The translations under genes were made by a program, and so were the position numbers. 64,000 bases of DNA from an uncultured Planctomycetaceae bacterium (GTDB lineage: Bacteria; Planctomycetota; Planctomycetia; Isosphaerales; Isosphaeraceae): assembly GCA_963833985.1 (NCBI GenBank), contig CAWIAD010000001.1, positions 1,440,001-1,504,000 on the forward strand, written 5' to 3'. Below, one piece after another: positions 53,377-63,881 of this stretch. Position 1 is the first letter of the stretch. Each line of letters opens with the position of its first letter. The notes beneath the pieces were generated by a model. It was not told the DNA's origin. It did not search any database and worked only from the letters and a program-made list of their open reading frames with translations.

Positions 53377-53700
53377 TCCCATGCGCGGAACTCGAACGCC
53401 GCTGTGCATCGGAACTCTCACTTCAAAACACCCGTGGTTGGTGCGAGGGTTACGCCGAGCCGCGTGACATGCGATCCGGCACGAGCCTCGCGCTCCCGGA
53501 AATCCTCTCGGCCTGCCCGTCCACGAGCGGCAGGCTGCGGTCAGCAGGAACCAAGGCCTGTGCCTGAAGCAGGGTGTACATGGAGCGGGATGTCCTGTGA
53601 GGAGCATACGCAGACGCCCGGTCCGCCACCGTCTCGCACCCTGACATGCTCGTCTCTATTTGCGTGCATCTTCGGTTCTGACCGACGCGAGAACGGCTTT

Positions 53701-53716
53701 TGGCACGGCGAATGCT
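53701..53716 (+). promoter_or_regulatory. Putative sigma54 -24/-12 promoter
   Basis: TGGCACGGCGAATGCT, one mismatch to TGGCACG-N4-TTGCW; followed by an AT-rich stretch. Confidence 0.7.
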
Positions 53717-53826
53717 TATTAAGTTACATAGAACCGGAGCAGGTTCCTCAATTCACAGCACCCGCGGGTTCGAGTTCGAGACCTTCTTCGAGCTGCCCGC
53801 CGTCCTGGTTGTTACACGAGGGACGT

Positions 53827-55214
53827 ATGAAGGAGAGAAAACGAGTACGTATGGCGTTTCGGCCATGCGTCCGCCAGGCGTTTCTGGAAGACCGGCTCGT
53901 TCTCAACGGTGGCGGAGCCGGTGTGCCGGGGGCGGTGCAGGCGGCCGCGGCCCATGTGGCCGTGCTTCAAGCGCCCGCGAGCCCCTTCGTGACGGGCTAT
54001 GCTCCGGCTGCGCAGGTGGCAAGTGCGGCAACGGCCGCAGCCGCCGCACCTTCGGGCTCGCTTCTGCAAGGAAACGTCGGCGGGCTGACCAGCAATTCCG
54101 TCACGGGTTCAGGCGGCGGCGGATCGAACCAGATCGTGCTCACGGGACCGGGCAGCCAGGCAGGTGTGGGGTCCTCCGGCGGGAGCACCCAGGCAAGCAC
54201 CACGACACCCGGCCTGGAAGGCAGCGGATCTTCTGTGACCGGTCTATCCGGCTTCAACAGCACGACGTCCATCCCGCTTGGCATCACGCTGAATTACTCG
54301 CTCTACTCCCCGGGGACCGCCTTGCCGGCGATTCCCACCGGGCCGCTTCCCGGTGTACTCGGTACGCCCCACAGCGCCATTGGCTACTGGGGTTTTACAA
54401 GTGGATTTGCCAATGGGTTCTACTCGTTCCGATCCTCGACCATGAGGTCGACAGCCTTTTTCAACAGTGCGAATCGGGGCTATTTCCGGCTGAGCGAGAC
54501 CTTCCAGGGCGGCTATGGCTTCACCCCGCCCACCCTGGCAGGCAACGGCAACGGCATGGGAACAGCCGGCATCGGCTCCAGCCCGGGGGGCGCGGGCGGC
54601 ATCGGCACCGAACCGGGCGGCATTGGCACCGGTGGGCTCGGCGGACTGCGTGCCGTCGGCACGCGCAACAGCGTGGGCGGCCTCGGCAGTGGCGGCCTGG
54701 GCGGGGGCGGTACGTCGGTCGGCCATTATGGCAAGGGACGCAATCTCAACGAGCCGCCCGCGACGCCAGGCGCCGAGCCGCAGGCGCGCCGGTCTCCCCG
54801 GCGACGAACGGTACCAGCGCGGCTCCCGGCACTCCCGGCACGCAGAACGGAGCGCAGGGAACGCCCGAAGGCGCGCAGGGAACGGCGGTAGGTAACGGCA
54901 ACGGCACACCTGGAAGCGGTGCCGTCAGTGGTGCCGGCGCCGCGGGAACGCCTGCCTCGGGCACGGGCGCGCCCACCGCGCCGGCACCGACGACCGGTGT
55001 CCCCGGCGGAGGAACCGGAACAGGACCAGGGGCGACCGCCGCGCCCGCGGGGGGCAACAGTGGTGCGGCTGCCGGCCCGGGCACGGCAGGATCCTCCGGC
55101 GGCGGCGGTGCGGGCGGTGCCGGCAGCGGCGCAGGCGGACGCGGAAACTCCGCCGGAACGGACGCCGGAACAGGGGGGAGGGACGTTCCCGGCCCCGGTC
55201 CCGGCGGCCCCTGA
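53827..55214 (+). CDS. Paralogous exported LEDRLVL-motif Gly-rich protein (apparent frameshift ~54775)
   Basis: MKERKRVRMAFRPC...LEDRLVLNGGGAGVP; GFTSGFANGFY; the G/A/T/P tail continues in the frame ending at 55214. Confidence 0.8.
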
Positions 55215-55471
55215 TCGGATCGCCACGCCCAGAACTCCTCGCGAGCAACGATCCCCGGCCCGTCGCCGAACGGCTGGGGATCGTTGCTTTTGAGCACGCC
55301 GATGCTGAAATCCGACCTGGCAACTCTGTGCGTCGAGTTTGCCTGGATCTCGGCTGCGGACGCATCGTCGCGGGTGAGCCGCTCGTTGACGGCCCCCGGC
55401 GGGGCATTTAGGGTAAAGGATGTGTGGTGGGCCATGACCTGAGGATGCTCCTGCCCCGGATGAGGTGGTTC

Positions 55472-56684
55472 ATGATGAAGCGCGAGCTTTCGCGTGCGAT
55501 CGGGTTGCTGCTGGTGGCTGCGTGCACGGCCAGGCCGCAGGCGTTGCCCACATCGGCGACCATCGAGAGTATCCCCATCCAGCTCACGATGCCGGAGCGC
55601 TACCAGGTGGTCGCCGTGCTGGACCCGGTGCGGAAGGTCGTTCTGATTGCACCCGCCGACGGCACCATCCGTGCGATCAGCGCACCCCTGGGAAACGTCT
55701 TGCGTGGTGGCGCCGAGGTCGCCCAGCTCGACCGCACCGAAGCGCTCGCCCGGCTCAAGCTGGCGCAGGCTGAGGCCAAGGAAAAGCAGATCCTCGGCCG
55801 TTCGAACCAGAACTACAAGGAGGTCTACGCCGCCCAGCTCGAGGCCGCCCAGGCAAAAGTGGAGCTGGCCCAGCTGGACCTGGACCGCCTGACCTTGAGA
55901 GCACCATTCGCTGGCCGGATCACCGCGCTGCCGGTCAGCTCCGGCCAGTACGTGCTCAAGGGAACGGTCATCGCGGAGCTCTCGGACATCACCAGCCTGC
56001 GCGCTGGTGCCGGTCGATCGCCGTTCGGCCACGGATCGGGCCGACCTGAAGGTCTTCGTCGAGGAACAGGAGCAGGCCGCGAAGGTCCAGTCAATCCTTC
56101 CCCTGCCCGAGAGCTACGCCCCTCTCCGCCAGCTCGCCGCCCCTTATGCCGCGGCCTGGGTCATCGTCCCGAATGATAAAGGTACGCTGGCGGCCGGCAT
56201 GCGAGTACGCAGCGCCAACTTGCCGGTCACGCCCATCGCCACGGTGCCCCGGGAGGCATTGAAGAGCACGGAGGGGCGTGGCGGATCGGCGGCCTCGATG
56301 GTCCAGGTGCTCCGCAACGAGTACGTGACGAACGTGATGGTGGATGTGCTCGGCAAGATCGGCTCGGAGCGTCTCCAGGTGACCGGCGCACTGCGGGCGA
56401 CCGATTCCCTCATCGTCTCCTCGTCCACAGCGCTTTTGCCCGGGACACTCGTGCGGTTCACGCAGGGCCCCACGCAGACCGTGGAAGGAACCACTCCCGA
56501 CCCCGCGCAGCAGGGCAGCGATGCCGGAATTGCCCCTCCCTCACGCGGACAGTCCGCCGTCTCCTCCCCGGCCTCCGGACGATCCCCGGCTGGTTTGCCG
56601 CCCGCGGGTCAACCAGTTCGACCGCCGGTTGCAACCCCCCCTTCACAGGCTGGCGGGCAGGGGCAGGGCTCGCCACCCTTTTGA
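55472..56684 (+). CDS. HlyD/RND-type periplasmic adaptor (apparent frameshift ~56002)
   Basis: LIAPADGTI, short hairpin, LRAPFAGRI...GQYV..GTVI; Pro-rich tail. Confidence 0.82.
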
Positions 56685-56710
56685 ATGAACTTCTCGGAGC
56701 CAAAGCGCCC

Positions 56711-57814
56711 ATGAAGATCCGTCGCATCACGGCGTACCGGGTTGAGCTGCCTCTGGTGGAGGGCTCCTACCGCTGGTCCGGCGGCAAGTCTGTCACCGTC
56801 TTCGACAGCACGATCGTGCGGGTCGAGACGGATGCGGGAATCGTTGGCCATGGCGAGGTCTGCCCGCTGGGGCCGTCTTACCTGCCGGCCTACCCGTCGG
56901 GCGTCCGCGCGGGCCTTGCCGAGCTTGGTCCGCACCTGATCGGCGAGGACCCCAGGGCACTGGAGCGGCTGAACCGGCTCATGGACGCGGCGCTGAAGGG
57001 CCATCCCTACGTCAAGTCGGGCATTGACATGGCCTGCTGGGACATTCTGGGCCAGGCCGCCGGCCTGCCGGTGTGCACGCTCCTGGGGGGCCGCCACGGG
57101 GACGACTTCGTCCTCTACCGGGCCATCTCGCAAGAGTCGCCCGAGGAAATGGCCAGCAAGGTGGCCGGCTATCGTGACCAGGGCTACCGGCGGTTCCAGC
57201 TCAAGGTGGGCGGAGATCCTGCCGCCGACATTGCCCGCATCCGGTCCGTCGCCAGCGTGCTGAAGCCCGGCGACCGGCTCGTCGCCGATGCCAACACCGG
57301 CTGGCTGATGCACGACGCGGCGCGTGTCGTGCGTGCGGTCCGAGATATCGACGTCTATATCGAGCAGCCCTGCGCGAGCTACGAAGAATGCCTGTCAATT
57401 CGCCGCCGGACCGACCATCCGCTGGTGCTCGACGAGTCGATCGACAGCCTGAATGCCCTGCTGCGCGGCCATGCGGACCGGGCCATGGATGTGGTGAACC
57501 TGAAGATCAGCAAGCTGGGCGGCATGACCAGGCTCCGCCAGGCGCGCGACCTGTGTGTCTCACTGGGGATCGCCATGACCATCGAGGATAGCTGGGGCGG
57601 CGACATCGTCACCGCGGCGATCTCCCATCTGGCCCACAGCACGCCGCCCGAGTTGCTGTTCACCGCGACGGATTTCAACAGCTATGTGACGGTGAGCACC
57701 GCCGAGGGCGCCCCGCGTAGGCACAACGGCCGCATGGCGGCAGCAACGGCCCCGGGTCTGGGTGTTGCTCCGAAAGCAGAGGTCCTGGGAGCACCGGTGC
57801 TGGAGATCGCCTGA
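56711..57814 (+). CDS. Enolase-superfamily enzyme (cis-3-hydroxy-L-proline dehydratase / hydroxyproline-betaine epimerase-like)
   Basis: [38 protein letters not shown]. Confidence 0.85.
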   Translation: MKIRRITAYRVELPLVEGSYRWSGGKSVTVFDSTIVRVETDAGIVGHGEVCPLGPSYLPAYPSGVRAGLAELGPHLIGEDPRALERLNRLMDAALKGHPYVKSGIDMACWDILGQAAGLPVCTLLGGRHGDDFVLYRAISQESPEEMASKVAGYRDQGYRRFQLKVGGDPAADIARIRSVASVLKPGDRLVADANTGWLMHDAARVVRAVRDIDVYIEQPCASYEECLSIRRRTDHPLVLDESIDSLNALLRGHADRAMDVVNLKISKLGGMTRLRQARDLCVSLGIAMTIEDSWGGDIVTAAISHLAHSTPPELLFTATDFNSYVTVSTAEGAPRRHNGRMAAATAPGLGVAPKAEVLGAPVLEIA

Positions 57815-57946
57815 GGCCGGAATCCGCATCCGGCGCTGAAATAAGTCGCCGCGCTCCGCGAATGTTCCAGCAAGACAACGCAGGCATCTCCGGACGCATC
57901 GTCGCGGCCGGTCTCGCGGCCTGGTCAAACATCTCGAGCATGGGTC

Positions 57947-58831
57947 ATGATCAACTACATCTCCGGTCTCGTCTTCGTGGTGCTGCTGCTGCTGGGAGGC
58001 GTGGCCACGATTGTCGTGGGCCAGCAGAATGCGGCCATGGCTTTCCTCTTCGCGCTTGGCTGGCTGTTCCTCGACGTGGTCGTCTCGTCGTCGATCCGGC
58101 TGGCCGCGCAGTGGGAGAAGGCCGTCGTCTTCCGCCTGGGCAAGTTCCACACCATTAAGGGCCCGGGCCTGTTCATGATCATTCCGCTCATCGACCAGAT
58201 CCGCATGGTTGATACGCGCGTGCTGGCGGTGAGCATCCCCAAGCAGCAGGTCATCACGCGAGATAATGTTCCCGTGACGATCGACGGCGTGCTCTTCTTC
58301 CGGGTGGGAAACGCGGCCGAGGCAATCATCATGGTGCAGGATTACCGCTACGTGATCTCGCAGTACGCCCAGACCTCGCTGCGCGACGTGATCGGCCAGA
58401 TGACGCTCGACCAGCTGCTCACAGAGCGCGAGGAAATCGCCAAGGCGATCGAGCACCACGTCGAGAACGACACCAAAGGCTGGGGCCTGGAAGTCACCGG
58501 CCTGCGGATCCAGGACGTGGACATGCCCGAGGAGCTGAAGAAGATGATGTCGCGGCAGGCCTCCGCCGAGCGCGAGAAGCGGGCCACCATCACCAAGGCC
58601 GAGGGCGACAAGGAGGCCGCCGTGAACCTGGCCCTGGCCGCGCGGACCATGGCCGAAAGCCCCGGCGCCATGCAGTTGCGCACGCTCCAGACGATCGACG
58701 GCCTGGGCCCAACGGCCTCGAACACGGTGGTCCTGGCGGTGCCCATCGACGTGCTCGAAAGTCTTGGTTCGCTCAAGGACGCGTTCCGCAGCAGGGGCCA
58801 TGAGACAGGCTCGATCGCTCCGCCGGCGTGA
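57947..58831 (+). CDS. SPFH/slipin (stomatin-like) protein
   Basis: VVFRLG, GPGLF.IIP, ITRDNV, AQTSLR, QASAERE.RA. Confidence 0.93.
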   Translation: MINYISGLVFVVLLLLGGVATIVVGQQNAAMAFLFALGWLFLDVVVSSSIRLAAQWEKAVVFRLGKFHTIKGPGLFMIIPLIDQIRMVDTRVLAVSIPKQQVITRDNVPVTIDGVLFFRVGNAAEAIIMVQDYRYVISQYAQTSLRDVIGQMTLDQLLTEREEIAKAIEHHVENDTKGWGLEVTGLRIQDVDMPEELKKMMSRQASAEREKRATITKAEGDKEAAVNLALAARTMAESPGAMQLRTLQTIDGLGPTASNTVVLAVPIDVLESLGSLKDAFRSRGHETGSIAPPA

Positions 58832-58946
58832 TGTCCGGCGGGGTTTATCGCAGCTAGAGCCGCGCTGCCATGACGGCACGGATCGCTCGGTCGAGCCCCG
58901 GCTCCGATTCATCTCGAAGCTAAATAGCTCCCCGTAAGAGGGAAAG

Positions 58947-59000
58947 TGTGGAACGGCCGCCCTCGGCCGTCCTGAGCCAGCCGAGGGCGGCTGGCCCACA
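58947..59000. repeat. REP-like inverted pair (TGTGGAACGGCCGCCCTCGGCCG / CAGCCGAGGGCGGCTGGCCCACA)
   Basis: Two inverted palindromic units. Confidence 0.75.
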
Positions 59001-59017
59001 TTCCAAGAGGCGAGGAT

Positions 59018-59220
59018 CTATTTAGTCATCCTTGATGGCCATGACCTCGGGCCCCTCGCGGCGTTCGCTGGCAAACCGAGAAGCTCCTTCAGCCTCGCTC
59101 TTGCCTTGCACAAGGCCACCCTCACGGCATCCGTACTGATACACAGAGCCAGGGCGATCTCGCGAATGCCCAGTTCACAGAAGTCGCAGATGGCCCAGCG
59201 CTCGCCCTGCGAGGTCAAAC
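59018..59220 (-). pseudogene. Remnant of an ECF sigma factor region 4
   Basis: LGIREIALALCISTDAVRVALCKARARLKELL resembles the sigma4.2 HTH; no region 2 upstream. Confidence 0.55.
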
Positions 59221-59434
59221 GCCATGGGCGCGCCGGTTCGCACGATGGATTCCCAGTGTCCCCGCCTACCATCACGTCATGACCCTACCCTGGCGGACGA
59301 CCGATGGAGAACGTCCAGAAGACTTGTCGTGCCAAGGGCCGGGAGATTACTGTCACAAGAGCCGAATTCAAGGTTCATCGAGAACCCGGGCCTGTTACCA
59401 TCGGCATGGGGAAACGATCAGGGGGGATGGACCA

Positions 59435-60623
59435 GTGCATAGGCATCCGAGTTCCGGCCTCACGCTTCTGGCTTGCATCTTGGTTGGAACGCTCTCCGGC
59501 AGCCACGCTCGGAGCGAAGATGCTGATTCGCTCTCCTGGAGCCCGAAGAAGGCGGCTGCCTACCTGGACGAACGGGCTGAGTGGTGGCTCACGTGGAGCG
59601 GGGCAGCCCGGGGGCAGGCGACAGTGTGCGTCTCCTGCCACTCCGCGCTGCCCATCGCTCTGGCACGTCCGGCTCTGGGCGATGCCCTGGGGGAACAAGC
59701 CGCCGGCGCGATCGAGCAACGACTCATCGACACCATGAAGAAGCGGGTCCAAAACTGGGAGCGGATCGTTTCCGATGAGAGACTCCGGCACGGATCGCTT
59801 GATTCCCTACTACGCGGACAAGGAGGAGGCTTCGATCGGGACCGAGGCTGTCCTGAATGCGCTGATCCTGGTCAATCACGATGCCCGCCGGTCCAAAGGC
59901 GTCCTGAACGCAACCACCAGGAAGGCGCTGAGGCACCTGTGGGAACAGCAGCAGGAGAATGGGGCGTGGCTCTGGCTCGATTTTGGCCTGAACCCGTGGG
60001 AAAAGGACGGGGCCTACTACGGGGCCTGCCTCGCCGCCATCGCGGTCGGGTCGGCCGGTAAGGCTTACGGCAACCAGCCCGAAATCCAGTCGAGGCTCGC
60101 GGCGCTCAAGAAATACCTGAACGCGGACTACATCAAGCAGCCGCTCCACCATCGCGCCATGGGCCTCTGGGCGTCCGCCGTATTGCCGGCGATTCTGACG
60201 GAGACCGACAAGCGGGCGTTGATCGCGGAACTCCTGGACAGCCGCGAGGCCGATGGCGGCTGGAGCCTCGCGAAACTGGGCAAGACGGGTGCGGGAGCCA
60301 GCCCGTGGAAGGCGCAGGGGGTTTACCCTGAAGGGGCCGTCAGCGACGGCTACGCCACCGGGCTGATCGTGCTGGTGCTCCGACGTGCGGGTGTTGCCGC
60401 GGATCACCCCGCGCTCAAGGGAGCCACCGACTGGCTTGTCACCCACCAGCAGGACGGGACCTGGCCGGCCTGCTACCTCAACAAGGCACGAGACCCGGAA
60501 AGCAACACCGGAAAGTTCATGCGCGACGCCGCGACCGCGTTTGCTGCCATGGCCCTCAGCGAGGTCGCCGGATCCGGCCAGGGCGACGCACGGAGCGTCC
60601 GACCTCTCGAACGGCGGCCGTGA
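59435..60623 (+). CDS. Secreted prenyltransferase/squalene-cyclase-repeat (alpha/alpha barrel) protein with a CxxCH motif (apparent frameshift ~59778)
   Basis: Signal peptide; CVSCH; QW-like repeats QQENGAW, READGGW, QQDGTW. Confidence 0.72.
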
Positions 60624-60838
60624 CGGCCGGGCCGATGCCGCCTTACCGTCAGCGGTGCCGCCGGACCTACCGGCCGCATTCCCGGTCAGCATCGAATTCC
60701 CGATACGTCGCCGGTAAGCGACCTCACTTCCCGGCGGTCTGATGCGCCGAACCTGCTTGCCCGGTGCGATCCGCGGATCAGGCGCTCACGGCGCCTTCCA
60801 CGACGCTGGACCGAGAAACTCTTCTTGTTCCTCGGTGC

Positions 60839-60883
60839 TTGACAGTCCACCTCGCACTTTTGTATTGCTGTATTAATACAAAA
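60839..60883 (+). promoter_or_regulatory. Sigma70 promoter with an overlapping YtrA-type operator
   Basis: TTGACA at 60839-60844; perfect inverted repeat TTTTGTATT-N8-AATACAAAA at 60858-60883. Confidence 0.85.
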
Positions 60884-60909
60884 GAGTGCCTGTAGGGGAC
60901 GCTCAGGCG

Positions 60910-61314
60910 GTGCAGATTCATATTTCGACCACTGATGGCGTGCCGATCTACCTCCAGATCGTCAACCAGGTGAAGTACCTGGCGGCCGCGGGGCAGCTTG
61001 CGCCTGGGGAGGAGCTGCCGCCCATCCGCGTTCTGGCCGAGCGGCTGGTGGTGAACCCGAACACGGTCGCACGGGCGTATCGCGAGCTCGAACTCGAGGG
61101 CATCGTCGAGAAGCGGCGGACGGCGGGAACATTCGTCTCGGGCAGTGTTCCGCGGCTGAACCGGCGAGAGCGGATCAAGATCCTCAACCAGCGCATCGAC
61201 GCCCTGCTGGCCGAGGCCCGGCAACTGGATATTCCGATTGCGGAGGTCGTCGACCTGATTCGTCGTCGCGAGCAGGCGATGCAAGGTCCCAAAGGAGCGC
61301 AGCAGCATGAGTGA
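60910..61314 (+). CDS. GntR-family regulator, YtrA subfamily
   Basis: PIYLQI, LPPIRVLA..L.VNPNTVARAYRELE; short C-terminus; heads an ABC operon. Confidence 0.93.
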   Translation: MQIHISTTDGVPIYLQIVNQVKYLAAAGQLAPGEELPPIRVLAERLVVNPNTVARAYRELELEGIVEKRRTAGTFVSGSVPRLNRRERIKILNQRIDALLAEARQLDIPIAEVVDLIRRREQAMQGPKGAQQHE

Positions 61315-62224
61315 CGAGCGTCCCGAAAACGTGGTCGAGGTGCGCGGGCTGTCGCGCCGGTTCGGCCGCACGCTGGCTCTGGACCATATCGATCTGGACA
61401 TTCCCCGCGGGGCCGTGTTTGGCCTCGTCGGCGAGAACGGCGCGGGGAAGACCACGCTCATCAAGCACATGCTCGGCCTCCTGAAGGTCCAGTCGGGCAA
61501 GGTGCGCGTCTTCGGCCGCGACCCGGTGCTCGATCCGGTCGGCGTGCTGGCGCGGGTGGGGTATCTGAGCGAGGACCGCGACCTTCCGGAATGGATGTCC
61601 GTTGGCGAGCTGCTACGCTATCTGAAGGCGTTTTATCCCTCCTGGGACGACGCCTTCGCCGAGAGCCTGCGGCAGCGGTTCGAGCTCGGCCCGCCCGCAC
61701 GGATCAAGGGCCTGTCGCAGGGACAGCGGGCGCGTACCTGCCTGCTGGCGGCCATGGCTTACCGCCCTGAGTTGCTCGTACTCGACGAGCCATCGACGGG
61801 CCTTGACCCGATCGTCCGCCGCGAGATTCTTTCGGCCATCATCCGCACCGTCGCCGACGAGGGCCGGACGGTGCTCTTCTCGTCGCACCTGCTCGACGAG
61901 GTGGAACGGATGGCCGACTGGATCGCCATGATCGACCGCGGCAAGATCGTTCTCTGCGGTCCGCTCGACGAGGTCAAAGCGGCGCACCGTCGACTCACCT
62001 TCCGTTTCGAAGAGCCGCGGAGCCAGCCGCCAGAGCTCTCTGGTGCGCTGGCGTTCGAGGGCTTCGGCCGCGACTGGACCACGGTGTGCCGGGCACCATC
62101 GGAGTCTCTTGCGGGCGAGGTTTCCGGGCTCGGCGCCCAGGTGATCGACGAGGAGATCCCCTCGCTCGACGAGATCTTCGTGGCGCGGGTCCGGTCTCGA
62201 CAGCCTGTGACCCAGGAGAACTGA
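61307..62224 (+). CDS. ABC transporter ATP-binding protein (YtrB-like)
   Basis: GENGAGKTT, LSQGQ, LVLDEP, SSH. Confidence 0.95.
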   Translation: MSDERPENVVEVRGLSRRFGRTLALDHIDLDIPRGAVFGLVGENGAGKTTLIKHMLGLLKVQSGKVRVFGRDPVLDPVGVLARVGYLSEDRDLPEWMSVGELLRYLKAFYPSWDDAFAESLRQRFELGPPARIKGLSQGQRARTCLLAAMAYRPELLVLDEPSTGLDPIVRREILSAIIRTVADEGRTVLFSSHLLDEVERMADWIAMIDRGKIVLCGPLDEVKAAHRRLTFRFEEPRSQPPELSGALAFEGFGRDWTTVCRAPSESLAGEVSGLGAQVIDEEIPSLDEIFVARVRSRQPVTQEN

Positions 62225-62227
62225 CCG

Positions 62228-63865
62228 ATGAGCTCACCTCCGTTCGCGATCGTCTGGCAGCTCTGGACGCGGCACCGGGCAGGCCTGGAGATCTCGGCAG
62301 CCATCCTGCTGCTCATGGTGCTGGTTGTCCCACCGGCACTCCATGCCATCGACTCGCCGGCTTTTGTCATGTTCTCGATGATTCCCAGCCTCGTCATCGC
62401 GACGTATGTGGCCAACCTGCTGACTTTCAGCGACGAAGTGGGCAGCTTCACCTCGGGATATCCGCGCAGGATGTTCGTGCTGCCGCTGCCGACGCGCACG
62501 CTCGCGCTCTGGCCCATGCTGGTTTCCATGGCCGTGATCGTCGTGCTCTGGCTGGTGATCTCCGTATTCATCTATCAACGCGGGGGTTATCACCCGCCCG
62601 TTCTGCTGCCTGCCATCGCGCTGGCCGTGACCGTGGCGTGGAACCAGGCCATGTGCTGGATGCCGTTCCGGAGCCAGCTTGTGCAGGTTTACTGCATGCT
62701 CGCTGGCCTTGGGCTGCTGGTCGGTCTGCCGTCCTGGTCGCTCGTCACGAAGACCCTGCCAGTACCCGTGCTGGCGACGATCGGTCTCCTTGAGCTGCCA
62801 ATCATTTACGCCCTGGCGGTCCTGGGTCTCCGGCATGCCCGCCGCGGGGATGACTGGTCGCTCGGCTTGAGTGATATCAGCGACGCCTACTGGTCAATCT
62901 TCGATCGGCTGACTCGGCAGCCGCCAAGCTTTCGCTCGGCTTCACGGGCGCAGCTCTGGTTCGAAGCGCGCTGCCACGCGTGGACCATCAAGGGCATGGC
63001 GCTCTTCGCACTCCTGATGACCTTCTCCCTCGCCATCTGGTCGCCTGCCCGCGCGGGCAACAAGGTGACCTTTGGAATCACGCTCGCCTGTCTCGCCGGG
63101 GCGCCGCTGTTCATGGTCGGCTCGATGGGAGTCGAACTGGGACGCATGCATCCGATCCGGGTCAAGAGGCAGGCTTCCTTGACCTTCCTGGCCGTCCGGC
63201 CCATACGCACCGGCGCGATGATTACCTCGAAGTATCGCGTGGCGGCCCACTGCGTGTTACAGGTGTGGCTGCTGTCCCTTGTGCTCACGGGTTGCTGGGT
63301 CGTGCTCAAGGGATACACCGCCGACATGGCCGAGCTGTTCGAGACGTTCTTCCGTTATTACCCGGGAGTCAAGGGCTGGGCGATTCTCGGGCTGGCCAGC
63401 GTGCTGGGGCCGGTCCTGTCCTGGAAGCTGCTCACCGACAGCCTCGTTCCTGTGCTGACGGGCCGAAAGTGGTTGGCCGACGGTGCCGTGCTGGTGAATC
63501 TCGTGCTGCTTGCCGGCCTGGTCGCCGCGGGTCTCTGGGCCTCGAGCCATCGAGACGTGGTGCAGCGGTTCCTCCCCTGGCTGACCTGGGCGACCGTCTT
63601 ATGGGTGCTCCTGAAGGTGGTTCTGACGGCGGTGATCATTCGACTGGCCCTCCGCCGAAGGATCATCGGCGTCCGCGAGGTCTTCACGCTCGCTGCCGTC
63701 TGGCCCCTGACGGCGATTGCGGTGATGACCTTCGTCCATCTGCTCTTGCCACCGCAGGGACTGCCCGTGCCGAGGGCCGCTGTCCTGCTCTCATCGCTGA
63801 GCGTGCTGCCGCTGGCCCGGTTCGCCCTGGCGCCTGTGGCGCTGGACTGGAACCGGCACTGGTGA
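62228..63865 (+). CDS. Polytopic membrane protein, probable ABC permease
   Basis: About 12 TM helices; follows the ATPase; duplicated halves with F-xx-x-P motifs. Confidence 0.8.
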   Translation: MSSPPFAIVWQLWTRHRAGLEISAAILLLMVLVVPPALHAIDSPAFVMFSMIPSLVIATYVANLLTFSDEVGSFTSGYPRRMFVLPLPTRTLALWPMLVSMAVIVVLWLVISVFIYQRGGYHPPVLLPAIALAVTVAWNQAMCWMPFRSQLVQVYCMLAGLGLLVGLPSWSLVTKTLPVPVLATIGLLELPIIYALAVLGLRHARRGDDWSLGLSDISDAYWSIFDRLTRQPPSFRSASRAQLWFEARCHAWTIKGMALFALLMTFSLAIWSPARAGNKVTFGITLACLAGAPLFMVGSMGVELGRMHPIRVKRQASLTFLAVRPIRTGAMITSKYRVAAHCVLQVWLLSLVLTGCWVVLKGYTADMAELFETFFRYYPGVKGWAILGLASVLGPVLSWKLLTDSLVPVLTGRKWLADGAVLVNLVLLAGLVAAGLWASSHRDVVQRFLPWLTWATVLWVLLKVVLTAVIIRLALRRRIIGVREVFTLAAVWPLTAIAVMTFVHLLLPPQGLPVPRAAVLLSSLSVLPLARFALAPVALDWNRHW

Positions 63866-63881
63866 CCACCCCGGGCTCGAG

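Noticed and set aside
7208..58999. Many long antisense or alternate-frame ORFs (e.g. 7208..8737+, 9727..11445-, 40855..42471+, 42705..44495-, 57560..58999-)
   Set aside because: Shadows of real genes caused by high GC3 codon bias; no recognisable motifs.
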